Shown: positions 12,394 through 23,716, numbered from the stretch's first letter. The stretch: 64,000 nucleotides of DNA from Mitosporidium daphniae (GCF_000760515.2 NW_013546645.1:1-64000), one strand, 5' to 3'. The notes: generated from the sequence alone by a model not told the origin. A program made the numbers and translations.

Positions 12394-12598
12394 AAAGCTG
12401 AAAATCTTTCGTAGGGTTGCTCCAATTTACAAGTTAATCGTGATGGTGGGTGGCCCCAAGCATTGCAAACATTTCAAATAAAATCTTAAATTCGGTTTAA
12501 CTTGACCGACCCGCTTACCCCTGGCGGAGGAACTTTACCTGCGCAAGCCAGCCGATTTTTGGAAACTCATATTCAGCGAATCCCTTGCATCACCTCAA

Positions 12599-14812
12599 AT
12601 GCGCAAAAATTCGGTTCCAAACCCGGATCCCTCCTCTGCGATGTCTGTCGAAAATGTGGATGAATTTTTGGTCTCCTTGAGTGGAAAGGAGTATCCCTGG
12701 AGGCAACAGCAGCCTTCCCTTTTAAATGGAGTGGGCCTCCATGGAAAGTCTTTCAGTGACATGCAGACGACGCATCCTCTCTCGCTGAACCTATCTATCC
12801 TCGACTTTTCTCCTCTTCAAGAGAGACGTGCCCATCATGAGAGCATAATTTCTCCCTTGGCTTCTCGCGTATTTTCTGTGGAAATCTCACAATCTGATTC
12901 CGAGCTTATCATGGAGACGCAAAGAGAGTGTTCACTCAAAGCAATTCAAGAAACTCAGCACCGGAATGCGCACGATTTTTGTAATCTCACTGAAAATGAG
13001 GCTAGCATGCCATCTTCGGGAGAATGGATTGCATCGACTCAGCGAGAGAACATGCCCTTGAGGGTTTTAGAGAACATTGTTACCACCCCATTGACGAAGA
13101 AATCGGTCCGTGAAACCCCCTACAAAGCCGATGTTATACTCGAAACTCCACTCATTAAAAGAAGAATCTCCCAAACCCCGATTCAAAAAAGATGCAACGC
13201 AGATTCCGTTTCCAGCTCCATTTTAACTTGTCATTCCCCAAGTAAAACTAATGTGCCATCTTTTCCCTGCCTGTATAATGACGATATCTCAATTAGAGAG
13301 GACACTGCTTCAATTGGATTGGACGATACCTATGCCAAGCCTAGCTGTTTATCTCCCATTATCGACCATCCTGATAAAACATTTCCAGAGGCGATATATT
13401 CGAACATTGAACCCTCACTTTTTCCAGAGCCTTGTTTGCCTGCATCTATTGCGCTCTCTCCTGCAGAGAACAATCCCTTGGCAAAATTTATACTTGGGAA
13501 TTCACTTTTAGGGAGAGTTGAAAAATCTTGCGACCATGCCGAAATCTGCAGCTCGAACTTGCCAACGACTCCATTGATACGGAAAAAAGGAAACTCAAAA
13601 CCAATCCTGCCATCCATTTCATCAACCTCAAAGACCTGTAAGGAAATACTTGCAAGGCTTTCAGTTAAAAAGGTAGAGGCGCTAAACCCGGCTGTCGCCA
13701 ATAAAAAAGATGTGGAATTTTCGAAATGCTCACTTTCTTGCCTCGGACTTGCATGGGCTCCAAACAAATCGATTCCTTCGATTTTTTCTCCATATAGACT
13801 TGTAGGAAAGGGCAAAAAATGGGTAGCACCCATTTCTTCTAGCACAAGCTACAAAATCACCTCGCAGACTGATGAGCTCATTGAAATCTTGGTCGAATCA
13901 ACGCCAAATGTGATAAAGTCAACCCGCCGTTTGCTTGTTGACGAAAAATTGCAAATCGATGGTTTTCGTTTGTCTCATGGATCCGAGTATTTTATTAGAA
14001 AGGGCAGGTCGAGCGGATGGAGGAAGGCCAAATTAGTTGGGCTTCTTATGGGATCAAACGATAAGGTGGTTGGAAAATTGGGCGATATCTCATTTTCATT
14101 TTTTTGTGGAAACGAAGTGATCGCCATTTCATCTCTTAAGGATATTTCGGTTTCGTTTGATCCCTCTTTTTCGATTTCTTCGGAAGCACATGAGATCCCC
14201 AAATCTACTCTAAAAAAGAAACCTTGCGTTGCTAAACTTAGAAGCGTAGTTTCCAGCTATTTTTGTATCACTGGGAGTAAAACAATGAAAAAGGCATCTG
14301 TCGATCAATGTGGTAAACAATTGTCCACATTGCCTTTACTGATAAGGGCTATCGAGGCTGGTAGTGAAATTCCCCTTGTAATTCTATTTTCTACCACAAA
14401 AAAGAAACAACTCCACTTGTCGCTTGAATATCTATCAAGCTATGCGCATAGGACGGCAAAGCTTTTGGCAGCCGCCGCTGCTGCGATCACTCATCGGCGT
14501 AAAAATATTATTTTTAGGCTCTTCCCATCAGAACCACAAATGCAGTGGACCGTTGATTCCTTATCTGTTCCTTTTCCATGTTTTGGGGAATGGGCTGTGG
14601 TCGGTCCAAGTAGCGAGTGGAGATATATACTGCAATCCGGTGGTGCTTCATTGCAGGACGATAAATCCTCTTGTAAGAATGTTCTTCTTGTCGGAAAGAG
14701 CGTTTCGGAGATATCCTCTTTTGATTCGTTTGAAGGGAAACTCGTTTTCACCACGGAGACACTTTCACGAATGATCATTGACCGTCTTGTGTCAGTACTT
14801 GTGTCCGTTTGA
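12599..14812 (+). CDS. Divergent 53BP1/Crb2/Rad9-like checkpoint adaptor
   Basis: Disordered N-terminus with TP/SP and TQ/SQ sites. C-terminal YFCITG..HRTAKLLAAAA and EWRYILQSGGA resemble the tandem BRCT motifs RTxKY and WxxILxxGGA. Confidence 0.55.
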   Translation: MRKNSVPNPDPSSAMSVENVDEFLVSLSGKEYPWRQQQPSLLNGVGLHGKSFSDMQTTHPLSLNLSILDFSPLQERRAHHESIISPLASRVFSVEISQSDSELIMETQRECSLKAIQETQHRNAHDFCNLTENEASMPSSGEWIASTQRENMPLRVLENIVTTPLTKKSVRETPYKADVILETPLIKRRISQTPIQKRCNADSVSSSILTCHSPSKTNVPSFPCLYNDDISIREDTASIGLDDTYAKPSCLSPIIDHPDKTFPEAIYSNIEPSLFPEPCLPASIALSPAENNPLAKFILGNSLLGRVEKSCDHAEICSSNLPTTPLIRKKGNSKPILPSISSTSKTCKEILARLSVKKVEALNPAVANKKDVEFSKCSLSCLGLAWAPNKSIPSIFSPYRLVGKGKKWVAPISSSTSYKITSQTDELIEILVESTPNVIKSTRRLLVDEKLQIDGFRLSHGSEYFIRKGRSSGWRKAKLVGLLMGSNDKVVGKLGDISFSFFCGNEVIAISSLKDISVSFDPSFSISSEAHEIPKSTLKKKPCVAKLRSVVSSYFCITGSKTMKKASVDQCGKQLSTLPLLIRAIEAGSEIPLVILFSTTKKKQLHLSLEYLSSYAHRTAKLLAAAAAAITHRRKNIIFRLFPSEPQMQWTVDSLSVPFPCFGEWAVVGPSSEWRYILQSGGASLQDDKSSCKNVLLVGKSVSEISSFDSFEGKLVFTTETLSRMIIDRLVSVLVSV

Positions 14813-15046
14813 ACCTTGGTTAGGGCTGAGGCCAGGGTTAGGAGCTACCTTTTAACCTTTAAAAGTTGTGAATAAATGTTTAATATTAAAGTTACTCCAA
14901 CATTGCACCGATTGTGCTTGTTTTAAATAACGAAAGGCTCACCAACTCCGTTTCACATCTAAAATACTTTTCACTGATCTTTACTTTTTTAAACTCTCAA
15001 TTTATTTTTGCTAATTAATTTAAAATTACGGTTGCACCAATAGCGA

Positions 15047-16433
15047 ATGGTGTAAGTATAATTTCTGTTTTAAGTCCGGGGCTTCTGGTATGCGTAAAAC
15101 AACCAGAGCTTTTTTAATTGTCCTTCATGGCTTTTTGGGCCTGACCCTCGCCTATTCTATTCGTATTATTCTATCCCCTGCAATCATGCGCTTAACCAAG
15201 ATGCATGGGTGGGACGAAGGTCTTCAGGGAATTTTGCTTTCTGCTTTCTATTGGGGATATATGGTGCTTCAGGTCCCCGGCGGCTACCTTTCCCATCGTT
15301 TTGGGGCTAAATGGGTCATGGTACTTTCTCTTTTAGGCTCTGCCTTGCTAAATTCCGTGATCCCTATTCTCGGATCGAGCCTTGAACTTTCCTTCCTTGT
15401 TCGCTTTGCTTGTGGCCTTTTGCAGGGCATGTATTGGGTCTCGACGCTCAATATAATTTCAACCTGGGTCTCCAAAGCACAAATGTCTCTTGCCGTTTCA
15501 TTCGCTCTTGCCGGACAGCACTTTGGAAGCGCTTTAATCCAGGGGCTTTACGCGCCAATTGCCTCTGCTTTCCAATGGTATACTCCATTCCATTTGTTGA
15601 CCGGACTCACCATTCTATGGACCATCTCTTGGACCTTTTTTGGGAAAAGCCGTCTCTCGGAATCAGATAAAAGAGAAGAGGCAATGTCTTCGATAGACTC
15701 GGAGCGCTCCTCGATAGCTCAGTCCGATGCGCCTGGTCAAGACTTGACCTTCAAAGAAACACTTTCTTACAAAGAGGTATGGGCCTTTGTGATTGTATTG
15801 TTCTGCTACAACTGGTCCTTCTACTTTCTCGTCAGCTATTTGGTCAAATTCCTACATCTTCATCTCGGATTTTCTGAAACCACCTCTGGTTTGTATTCGT
15901 TCTCTGCATATGGCCTCTTATGTCTTTCGCTGACTGCAAGTGGAAAATTTACGTCTGCCGTCATTGCTAGCGGCAAAATGAACGTAACAAAAGTTCGAAA
16001 ATACGGCGTTGCCATTGGCATAATTCCATCGGCAGTTTTGATTTTCCTCATCCCTGTGCTCTATAATTATGTATCCGCATCTGCCTTGGCAGCCATTTTG
16101 GTCGCTGCGATTGCCATCTCTGGAATTGCTCATGGTTCGTTTATGACCAATCCTGTTGACTTGAATCCCATTAATCCTGGTGTCATTGGCGGCCTTGGAA
16201 ATACGATTGCCACGATTCCCGGAATAATAGTTCCCATTATTAATGGCGCAATTCTTAATTCTGGCGGCTGCTCCACAGACCCTATATCATTGCAATGCTG
16301 GAATGCATGGAGAATTTTATTTATAGTTTCTGGATCCCTTTATGTGGTTGGCCTAGCCGTTTGGCTCGCGTTTTCTTCTGGAAAACCGTTGAACCAAGAA
16401 TCAAAGAGAGTTTCCAAATTAATTCCATATTAA
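15047..16433 (+). CDS. MFS anion:cation symporter, SLC17/sialin/PHT4-like
   Basis: WDEGLQGILLSAFYWGYMVLQVPGGYL, DLNP..GVIGGLGNTIATIPGIIVP, WRILFIV. Possible ATG at 15047 followed by a 25-nt intron (15050-15074); otherwise the start is 15090. Confidence 0.85.
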
Positions 16434-16457
16434 ATTCCATTAAATTTTAATTTTTCG

Positions 16458-16994
16458 ATGAATGCCGGATGGCAATTGGATGACTTTCTGGAGATAGTAG
16501 AGTGCCTTCCGCAAGAAATCCGCTCATCGTTTTCCCAAATGACCGAGAGGGACAAAGAATTTGATGGAATAAACAAGTCGTTGGTCAGACAAAGACAAAA
16601 GCTGCTTGGTGAGGTGCAAGGAAGCAATCCAAATATTCTCAAGTTGGTTGAGAAAATTTCCAAGGATGAGCAGACTGCATTCTCGATGCTTGACGGAAAG
16701 ATCTCAATTTGCCAGAACTTGATCTCTACATTGGAGGCATATATGCCGATTCTTCAGGCGGAAATCCAGAAAAGCTGTGGTTCCTCCGGAGGCACTTTCC
16801 ATCAGCCCAATCCTGTAAGTATGAGTGTCAATTCGGCCCCCTCTCCTGTTTCCAATTTGGGGCTGTCAAGAGGATCTACACAGTCGCCGATAAACAGTGC
16901 ATCCTCTCCGTTACCCTTTAATCGGGCATTGACACCCATACAAAACGACTCTAGACGAGCTTCAAGTGTAGACCCTGTGAGGCATGTAAGCTGA
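16458..16994 (+). CDS. ING-family protein, N-terminal domain only (no PHD finger)
   Basis: LDDFLEIVECLPQEIRSSFSQMTERD and DGKISICQNL match the ING N-terminal coiled-coil domain. Confidence 0.65.
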   Translation: MNAGWQLDDFLEIVECLPQEIRSSFSQMTERDKEFDGINKSLVRQRQKLLGEVQGSNPNILKLVEKISKDEQTAFSMLDGKISICQNLISTLEAYMPILQAEIQKSCGSSGGTFHQPNPVSMSVNSAPSPVSNLGLSRGSTQSPINSASSPLPFNRALTPIQNDSRRASSVDPVRHVS

Positions 16995-17073
16995 TAGGCA
17001 AGCAAACCCGGTCGATTCCACTTTTTTCTGTAATAAATAGAGCTAAATTTTAAATAAATTTTATTCCTTAATA

Positions 17074-17802
17074 ATGTCTGAAAGGAAGGTTATCAACAAG
17101 TACATCCCTTCAAACTACAACCCGGATGTTGGACTTCCCTCATCACGTCGAGGGAGGGGCCACGTAGTAAGAGTTATGGCGCCATACTCTATGAAATGCC
17201 TTACATGTTCCGAATATATTTATAAAGGAAAGAAATTTAATGCCAGAAAAGAAACCGTCTGGGAAGAGGATTATTTGGGTGTCAAGATTTTTCGTTTCTA
17301 CGTACGATGTCCAATGTGTTCTGCAGAAATAACATACAAGACCGATCCCCAAAATAGAGACTACGCCGCAGAGCATGGGGCAATACGGAACTTTGAACCA
17401 TGGCGAGAAGAGGCAAAAAATGCGGAGGAGCTGAAAAGGCTACGGACGCTTGAAGAAGAAGGCGATCCAATGAAGGCTCTTGAAAATAAGACCTTTGATT
17501 CTAAGCGAGAGATTGACATCATGGATGCTCTGGACGACGTTAGACTATTGAATGCAGCGCATGAAAAGGTTGATCTCGATGCTTTGCTACAAAGCATTTC
17601 CAACAGGAAAACAATAGAGGAGCTCGAAACAGAAGCCAGACTAAAACGGGAGCAAGACGAGGACGATGAAATTATCAAAGCTGCGTTTGCAAGTAAGAAG
17701 ATAAGGATTTCAAAAAAGCCATTCGAAGCGGGGCCCAAGCTTCTCTCATCCCTTTGCAGCTCGATTAGCCCAAGTTCTCTCGGAATTATATTGAAAAAAT
17801 AA
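17074..17802 (+). CDS. YJU2: Splicing factor Yju2/CCDC94
   Basis: MSERKVINKYIP, CxxC EYIYKGKKFNARKE, YLGVKIFRFY, KTDPQNRDY..EHGAIRNF. Confidence 0.95.
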   Translation: MSERKVINKYIPSNYNPDVGLPSSRRGRGHVVRVMAPYSMKCLTCSEYIYKGKKFNARKETVWEEDYLGVKIFRFYVRCPMCSAEITYKTDPQNRDYAAEHGAIRNFEPWREEAKNAEELKRLRTLEEEGDPMKALENKTFDSKREIDIMDALDDVRLLNAAHEKVDLDALLQSISNRKTIEELETEARLKREQDEDDEIIKAAFASKKIRISKKPFEAGPKLLSSLCSSISPSSLGIILKK

Positions 17803-17969
17803 AATTTGTAAATTTATGTGCTTCCACCGGCAGGCAGGATGAGAGAACACCTAGATAGCGATTTTTGCACAAAGGAGTGGCTATCATAGGTCAAAACGGG
17901 ATTAAACTTTATCGGAATGTTACTGGGAGTCCTGAAATAAATTGATTAAACTTCAGTAAAATTTTAATC

Positions 17970-18755
17970 ATGTCGCCTACACAGAGCAATCCTACATATC
18001 ATTACAAATTGGTGTTACTAGGTTCGCAGTGTGTTTTTAAGCCCTAGGCGAGTCTGCTGTCGGAAAATCTTCACTTGTGCTCAGGTTTGTTCGCGGACGA
18101 TTTATGGAAAATCAGGAGAGTACCATTGGAGGTTCGTTATTTTAACTGCTTATGTGTGACAAGCGTCCTTTTTGACCCAGTCGCTGGCCCTTAAAAGCAA
18201 CCCAAATGTAATCATCAAATTTGAGATTTGGGACACAGCCGGGCAAGAACGATATCACTCTCTTGCTCCGATGTATTACAGGGGCGCACATGCTGCGGTT
18301 GTGGTTTACGATGTGACGTCAAAAGTAAGTCGATGGCCATCACTTTCTACGCAAATAGTCCTCCTTTGAAAGGGCAAAAGGGTGGGTAGACGAACTGCGT
18401 GCACATACACCACATAACCAGAAGAGGGTTGTTGCTCTTGTTGGAAACAAGGCAGACTTGCTTTCCTCAATCGAAGAGTTGGGGCAATCAACATCCAGAA
18501 GCTCTATTGTCTCAAAAGAAGAGGCAGAGCAATTTGCAGCGGATAATGGGCTGATTTTCTATGAGGCATCTGCAAAAAATGGATCAAATGTCCAAGAGCT
18601 ATTTGAATCAATTGGTAATTGATAAGCCGTTAATTATAGCCGAATTACTGCCGAAAAACGAATCGACAAAGGCTACAATGCACCGAAGTAACATAAGCCT
18701 CGCATCTTCCACGGGTCGAGCCTCGTCCTCCTCAGTGAGCAGTAGCTGCTGTTAA
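17970..18755 (+). CDS. Rab5/Vps21-family GTPase
   Basis: Spliced: [56 protein letters not shown]-terminal CC. Four micro-introns. Confidence 0.93.
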
Positions 18756-18817
18756 ATTGTAAAATTAAAATTTGGTCAAGTTGAGGTCTAATTTGGTTAC
18801 CTATTGAAGCAATTGTA

Positions 18818-19821
18818 ATGGTCACTGCCTTTCAGTTGACGGGTTACGACATTTTCGCAAAACTTTCCAACGAGGCTGTGGCAGGATTTACGGCGGGGGC
18901 ATGTGCTTCCATGGTCCTCCACCCCTTTGACTATGTCAAGGTCAAACTTCAAGGTAATCACGTTTTGTGTCGTTATGTCTAGTTCACGATGGCATTCGCG
19001 CAAGAGACCTACTTGAGGCTAATTCGCAATCCACCTTCTCGTTTATCAAAAGAAGCATAAAGGCTAATGGAATAATGTCCTTCTACCAGGGGGTTGGATG
19101 CAATGTTTTTGCTGCCTCATGTACGTGGGGAACCTATTTTGTATTGTAAATGTATTTTCTTATTTCAGGTACCGGGTAGCTAAAAGAGAATTCGGGTCTA
19201 TTTTGCAGAACAAGTATCCCAACTTGACGGTATTTTTATCATCGAGCGTTTCAGGTAATTTGTGGCATTTAAGCTTAAGGAGCCATATGCACATTAATAA
19301 TGAATCCACTTTGGGTTCTGAAGACCAGAGCTATTCTTGACTCTTCAAGAAAATCTTATTTCAGTAAGCTAAATCGGTTGACGCTAGGATTATTTGGTGA
19401 AATTGGCGGGTTTAAGATGCCTTCGGGATATTACGCTGGCCTTGGGCCGGGTCTTTTTTCATGCCTCCATGGTGGAGTGTACTTTTTGGCATACGAAAAG
19501 CTAAAGGGCTTAAGACCCTTTGCCTTAAAAGCGCAGCTAGATGACATCGAGATTGCATCCTATTCGTTTTTGTCCAAAATTTCGGCCACGGTTTCCACAT
19601 ATCCTCTTCAACTGCTGCGATCTCGATTGCAAGATGCAAGGGGCGACACGACGGGAAAACTATATAACAACGGGATGCTTGAAGCAATTTCTCGCATCTA
19701 CTCTAGAGAGGGTGTTCGGGGCTTTTATAAGGGGATTTTGACGTCTTTTCTTAAAATCGTACCAAGCAGCATGATTACCCTTGTCGTTTATGAAAAAGTA
19801 CAAAAGTCACTTTCTTGTTAA
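18818..19821 (+). CDS. Mitochondrial carrier, folate/FAD type (Flx1/SLC25A32-like)
   Basis: HPFDYVKVKLQ, NPLWVLKTR, YPLQLLRSRLQ carrier repeats. Four introns of 23-29 nt. Confidence 0.85.
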
Positions 19822-19936
19822 GCGGCTGATGGCGCCCTTCCCTACCTAGCGAAATGCTTTTTTGCACCTGGGAACTGGCGTTTATTTAAGTGCCTTAGAG
19901 ATACGCTTCTTTTTAATTTCCAATTCAATAAAGCTT

Positions 19937-21538
19937 CTATTTATATAAGTTAGGCGGCGGCGGCACGCTCCTATAATCGTTTGAAGACCCAATAGCAAAA
20001 GGATCTATCTCCTCGTCTTTGGGAGCGGCGCTATTCTGCACTACTTGACAAGTAGAAGAGGCAGAATTAAGAGCAACCGAAGCATAATAGGCAGCATATT
20101 GCTGCCTTTGCTGAAGCTCAAGAAAAGCAGCTGCGGGGTCATTTTTTACCGATTCAGAGGGAACGGCCTCGCCAAGAGAATTAAAGTAATACTGGTAATA
20201 ATAGGCATATAGTGCATTCGATGCGTCAGGAAGCACATTGTTGCTTACCCCATAGGATGAAGATACAGTTTGCATCAATGTAGAGGAATATCCAGAGGAG
20301 GTTTGTTGATTATTGTGCGACGAGTAAGAAGATTTTTTGTAGGTTTCGAGTTCTTTTTTGACGTCAGATATCAAATCATGACAGAGCTTCCTGGCTGTTT
20401 CGATGGACTCTTGGGATGGACCCCTACACGGAATTAGAAGAAACCTCAATACATTATGTGCAAGAATAGATCCTCGTTTGACTCTATGCTTGTGTCCGTT
20501 TCTGAATATCCAGATCCTCTTCCTTTGATTTGAACACGGGCCTTAGTCTTGGCATTGATGGCTTTTATATTTGCACCCTATGAAAAAGATGAAAATTGCA
20601 GCGGCATACTGAAAACCCGACGATTTTCGAGCGAACATTGAATCCCCTTTCTGATTGAACCCCAATCGGAATTTTAAGCTCAAACTACAAAATACGATAA
20701 ATCATTGCGTACGTAGCCAAAAGAGGAAAGCTGTGGCTTGCTGGCATCTTTGGCAAGAGACTTTTGGATGAGAACTTTTATGATTTTCAATGCCTCTAGA
20801 ACAGGCTCATCCGAGACTTCTGAACTTATTCTGATGTACAGTGGAGGCTCTGAATATTCATTACAATCGCTCTTATCTGAATAATACTTTCCCTTGGTTT
20901 CAATCTTGGCGCCCGAATCTTCCATTATCTAGAAAAACACAACCACTGCTTACCTTGCTTTGGATGTCTTTACGCATCAAAATAAAGCGATGCCTTGTGT
21001 CGTTCAATTCGAGATTCTTGAAAAATTCTTTTTTCATCGTAAAGTCCTCATCGGGAGCTGACATTTGGATCTACAGCTTATAAAGCAAAAAAGATACCCT
21101 GAAATAGGCTTCTGGATTTTCATACAGCGGATCCTTTATATGAATATATTGCGAGGGCAACATGTCATCTTCTTCGTTAGCGATTGGCTTTGATTTTTGG
21201 ATCGGATGGGTTTCCTTTGCAGCTTTTGGCTCTTCTAGTTGATCCTTTACAACTTCCAGTTGGGATGCTGTTTTTTTGCACAGTAATTGATTGATCCTAT
21301 CGGCAGCCTCTTTTGCTGCATTACTAGGATCGATCGAGAAAGATGACTGTGCATTATTTGAGGGTGCAATAAATGGCAAGCTTGGAGGTGTATCTGTCGG
21401 TGCAGACTCGTCCCATCGTCTTCTACGCCTATAAAGCATTAGTATTTTTGTGTGATGTTTCAAAAAAAGGCATCAAAATAGGAAAAAAGAATACTTTGTA
21501 TTGGGGAGGCTAGGATTTTGATTGGGGTCCAACCCCAT
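19937..21538 (-). CDS. KH-domain RNA-binding protein, KHDC4/BLOM7-like
   Basis: RRRRWDE N-terminus, GAKIETKGKYY..PPLYIRIS, second KH with RVQIKGRGSG, C-terminal PPP. Several introns. Confidence 0.75.
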
Positions 21539-21648
21539 TTGAAAATGCTCCAAATGAAAAATTAAAATTGAAGCTCCATCATTTTAAAGTGAAATTTGCA
21601 AATTACATACCTGGATGATTTGCATGATAAGGGATTGCATTTTTACAA

Positions 21649-22620
21649 ATGTCTGCTGCCCCCACACTCGTTGCCAATCCCAATCCCACCAGCGCTGTTA
21701 AGACCAAAAGAAGTCCCGTAGAGTCCTTTCTGATTGACTTGGCCGCAGGTGGTGTTGCCGGTGGTGTTGCAAAAACCGCAACTGCTCCAATTGAAAGAGT
21801 CAAAATTCTCCTCCAGCTTCAAGATTCGTCAACCCAAATTTCGGCAGATAAAAAATACACCGGTATTGCCAACTGCTTTTCCAGAGTTTCAAAGGAACAG
21901 GGAATTTTGTCTCTATGGAGAGGAAACACGGCAAATGTGATCCGTTATTTCCCCACCCAAGCCCTCAACTTTGCCTTCAAGGACAAATATAAGCAGATTT
22001 TCATTCGCTGGAACCGTAAGACCGATCCGTGGAAGTTCTTTGCCGGTAATTTGGCGAGCGGAGGTGCTGCAGGCGCTACATCTCTTCTTTTCGTGTATCC
22101 GCTTGATTTTGCTAGAACTCGTCTGGCTGCAGACGTGGGTGTTGGTGCTAACCGCCAGTTCACCGGTCTTGGGCAATGCATCTCATATATCTTTAAGCAA
22201 GACGGCTTGAAGGGGTTGTATCGCGGCTTTGGTGTTTCCGTTACCGGAATCATTGTTTATCGCGCAGCATATTTTGGAGGCTTCGATACGCTCAAATCGA
22301 TGATTTTGAAAGATCCCAAAAACCCACCAATTTTCCTTTCATGGGTCATTGCCCAAACGGTCACAACCATTGCAGGTGTTGTGTCATATCCGTTTGATAC
22401 CGTTCGTCGCCGTATGATGATGCAAGCTGGAAGGGAAAAAAAGCAATATTCTTCGACCTTTGATTGCTGGAAGAAGATTGCCTTCACAGAGGGACCAAAG
22501 TCATTCTTCAAAGGTGCCCTCTCAAATGCTCTTCGCGGTTCCGGCGGTGCAATTGTTCTTGTTCTTTATGACCAATTCCAGAAATACTTGGGGTTTGAAG
22601 GCGGCGCTGGTGGCGAGTAG
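21649..22620 (+). CDS. ADP/ATP carrier (ANT/AAC), intronless
   Basis: [25 protein letters not shown] signature, three carrier repeats. Confidence 0.97.
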   Translation: MSAAPTLVANPNPTSAVKTKRSPVESFLIDLAAGGVAGGVAKTATAPIERVKILLQLQDSSTQISADKKYTGIANCFSRVSKEQGILSLWRGNTANVIRYFPTQALNFAFKDKYKQIFIRWNRKTDPWKFFAGNLASGGAAGATSLLFVYPLDFARTRLAADVGVGANRQFTGLGQCISYIFKQDGLKGLYRGFGVSVTGIIVYRAAYFGGFDTLKSMILKDPKNPPIFLSWVIAQTVTTIAGVVSYPFDTVRRRMMMQAGREKKQYSSTFDCWKKIAFTEGPKSFFKGALSNALRGSGGAIVLVLYDQFQKYLGFEGGAGGE

Positions 22621-22672
22621 ATCTTAGATTAAATGATACACTGAGATTTAGGGTTGGGTCTGGGATTGGTGT

Positions 22673-23716
22673 TTAAATTAGGCATTTATTATCCGATTTT
22701 GGAACCTGGATGACCATATTTTGACCATTGCCATTGGGAATCGTAATCATAAGACAATAGTCTTGACTGGAATTTGCGGTAAATACATTCGACTTGTTTT
22801 GCTGGCCTGACTGGGCTTGTTTACTTATCTGGGCTTCTTGGCTTATCTGGGCTTGTTTACTTATCTGGGCTTCTTGGCTTATCTGGGCTTGTTTACTTAT
22901 CTGGCTTTGTTGACTTATCTGGGCTTGGCATGCTGAAATGGTAACTGTAGTTGGACTTGAAGGTAATGATGATGGATAGATATGCGTTGCAGCCGTAAAC
23001 GAGCTTTGCGTGGGATTCAAGCTGAATGCTGTAGAAGAAGACCTAACCGAAGATAAATAAGCAGATTTAGCCAAAGTGGAAAATAATTCGACCGAATGTG
23101 AAGATGATCCGACTGAAGACAAAGAAATGGATAAAGAAGAGTCACTTAAAATGGGACAAACATTTTTGCTAGCAAGCGGAATCGTTGAAGTAGGAAAAAA
23201 GCACCCCTGCGTGGTTTTAATCACAGTGCTGGTAATATGAACGACAGAGGTGGTTGCTTTAGGCGATTTCTTGCAATCTGCCGTGGGAAGAGATAATGAT
23301 GCAGATGTAGAAATCTTCCCACTTCCAAGTAGTATTGCAAGCGATTGTATAAAATTTTCAATCTGAAAAGCAGAAGTAACTGTAGCTGTAACAACCGCCT
23401 TAGAAGGGGGAAACGGAAACGACCTTGTAGGCGCCTCGGAGGATGGAAGGATAAACATAAACGGCGATAACGATGGCGATGGCTGTTGCTTATCGGCAGA
23501 TATTAATTTACACTTTTCTTCCATCGAAATATCTGAAGATCGATCTGGTATGATAGATTGTATCGATTGAGGCTGCGAAAACAGAGTTATAATCTTTGGG
23601 GAATCAAACGCCTGAAGCTTGGCTCCGGAGGATACCAAAAATGGATCATCAATGTCATCCGCCACTGCATGTCCAAAAAATATCAGGGCATAAGCCAAAG
23701 CAACATAAAGATTCAT
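22673..23716 (-). CDS. Orphan secreted Ser/Thr-rich protein with (Q-I-S-K/Q-Q/E-A) repeats
   Basis: Signal-peptide-like MNLYVALAYALIFFGHAVA, S/T-rich middle region, scattered Cys, and 18-nt tandem repeats at ~22811-22927. Confidence 0.75.
   Translation of the reverse strand: MNLYVALAYALIFFGHAVADDIDDPFLVSSGAKLQAFDSPKIITLFSQPQSIQSIIPDRSSDISMEEKCKLISADKQQPSPSLSPFMFILPSSEAPTRSFPFPPSKAVVTATVTSAFQIENFIQSLAILLGSGKISTSASLSLPTADCKKSPKATTSVVHITSTVIKTTQGCFFPTSTIPLASKNVCPILSDSSLSISLSSVGSSSHSVELFSTLAKSAYLSSVRSSSTAFSLNPTQSSFTAATHIYPSSLPSSPTTVTISACQAQISQQSQISKQAQISQEAQISKQAQISQEAQISKQAQSGQQNKSNVFTANSSQDYCLMITIPNGNGQNMVIQVPKSDNKCLI

Noticed and set aside
12490..12580. U1/U11-like snRNA (short hairpins plus GATTTTTGG)
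   Set aside because: No ACTTACCTG 5' end or U1-70K/U1A loops, the stems are only 3-5 bp, and the region may be coding or UTR.
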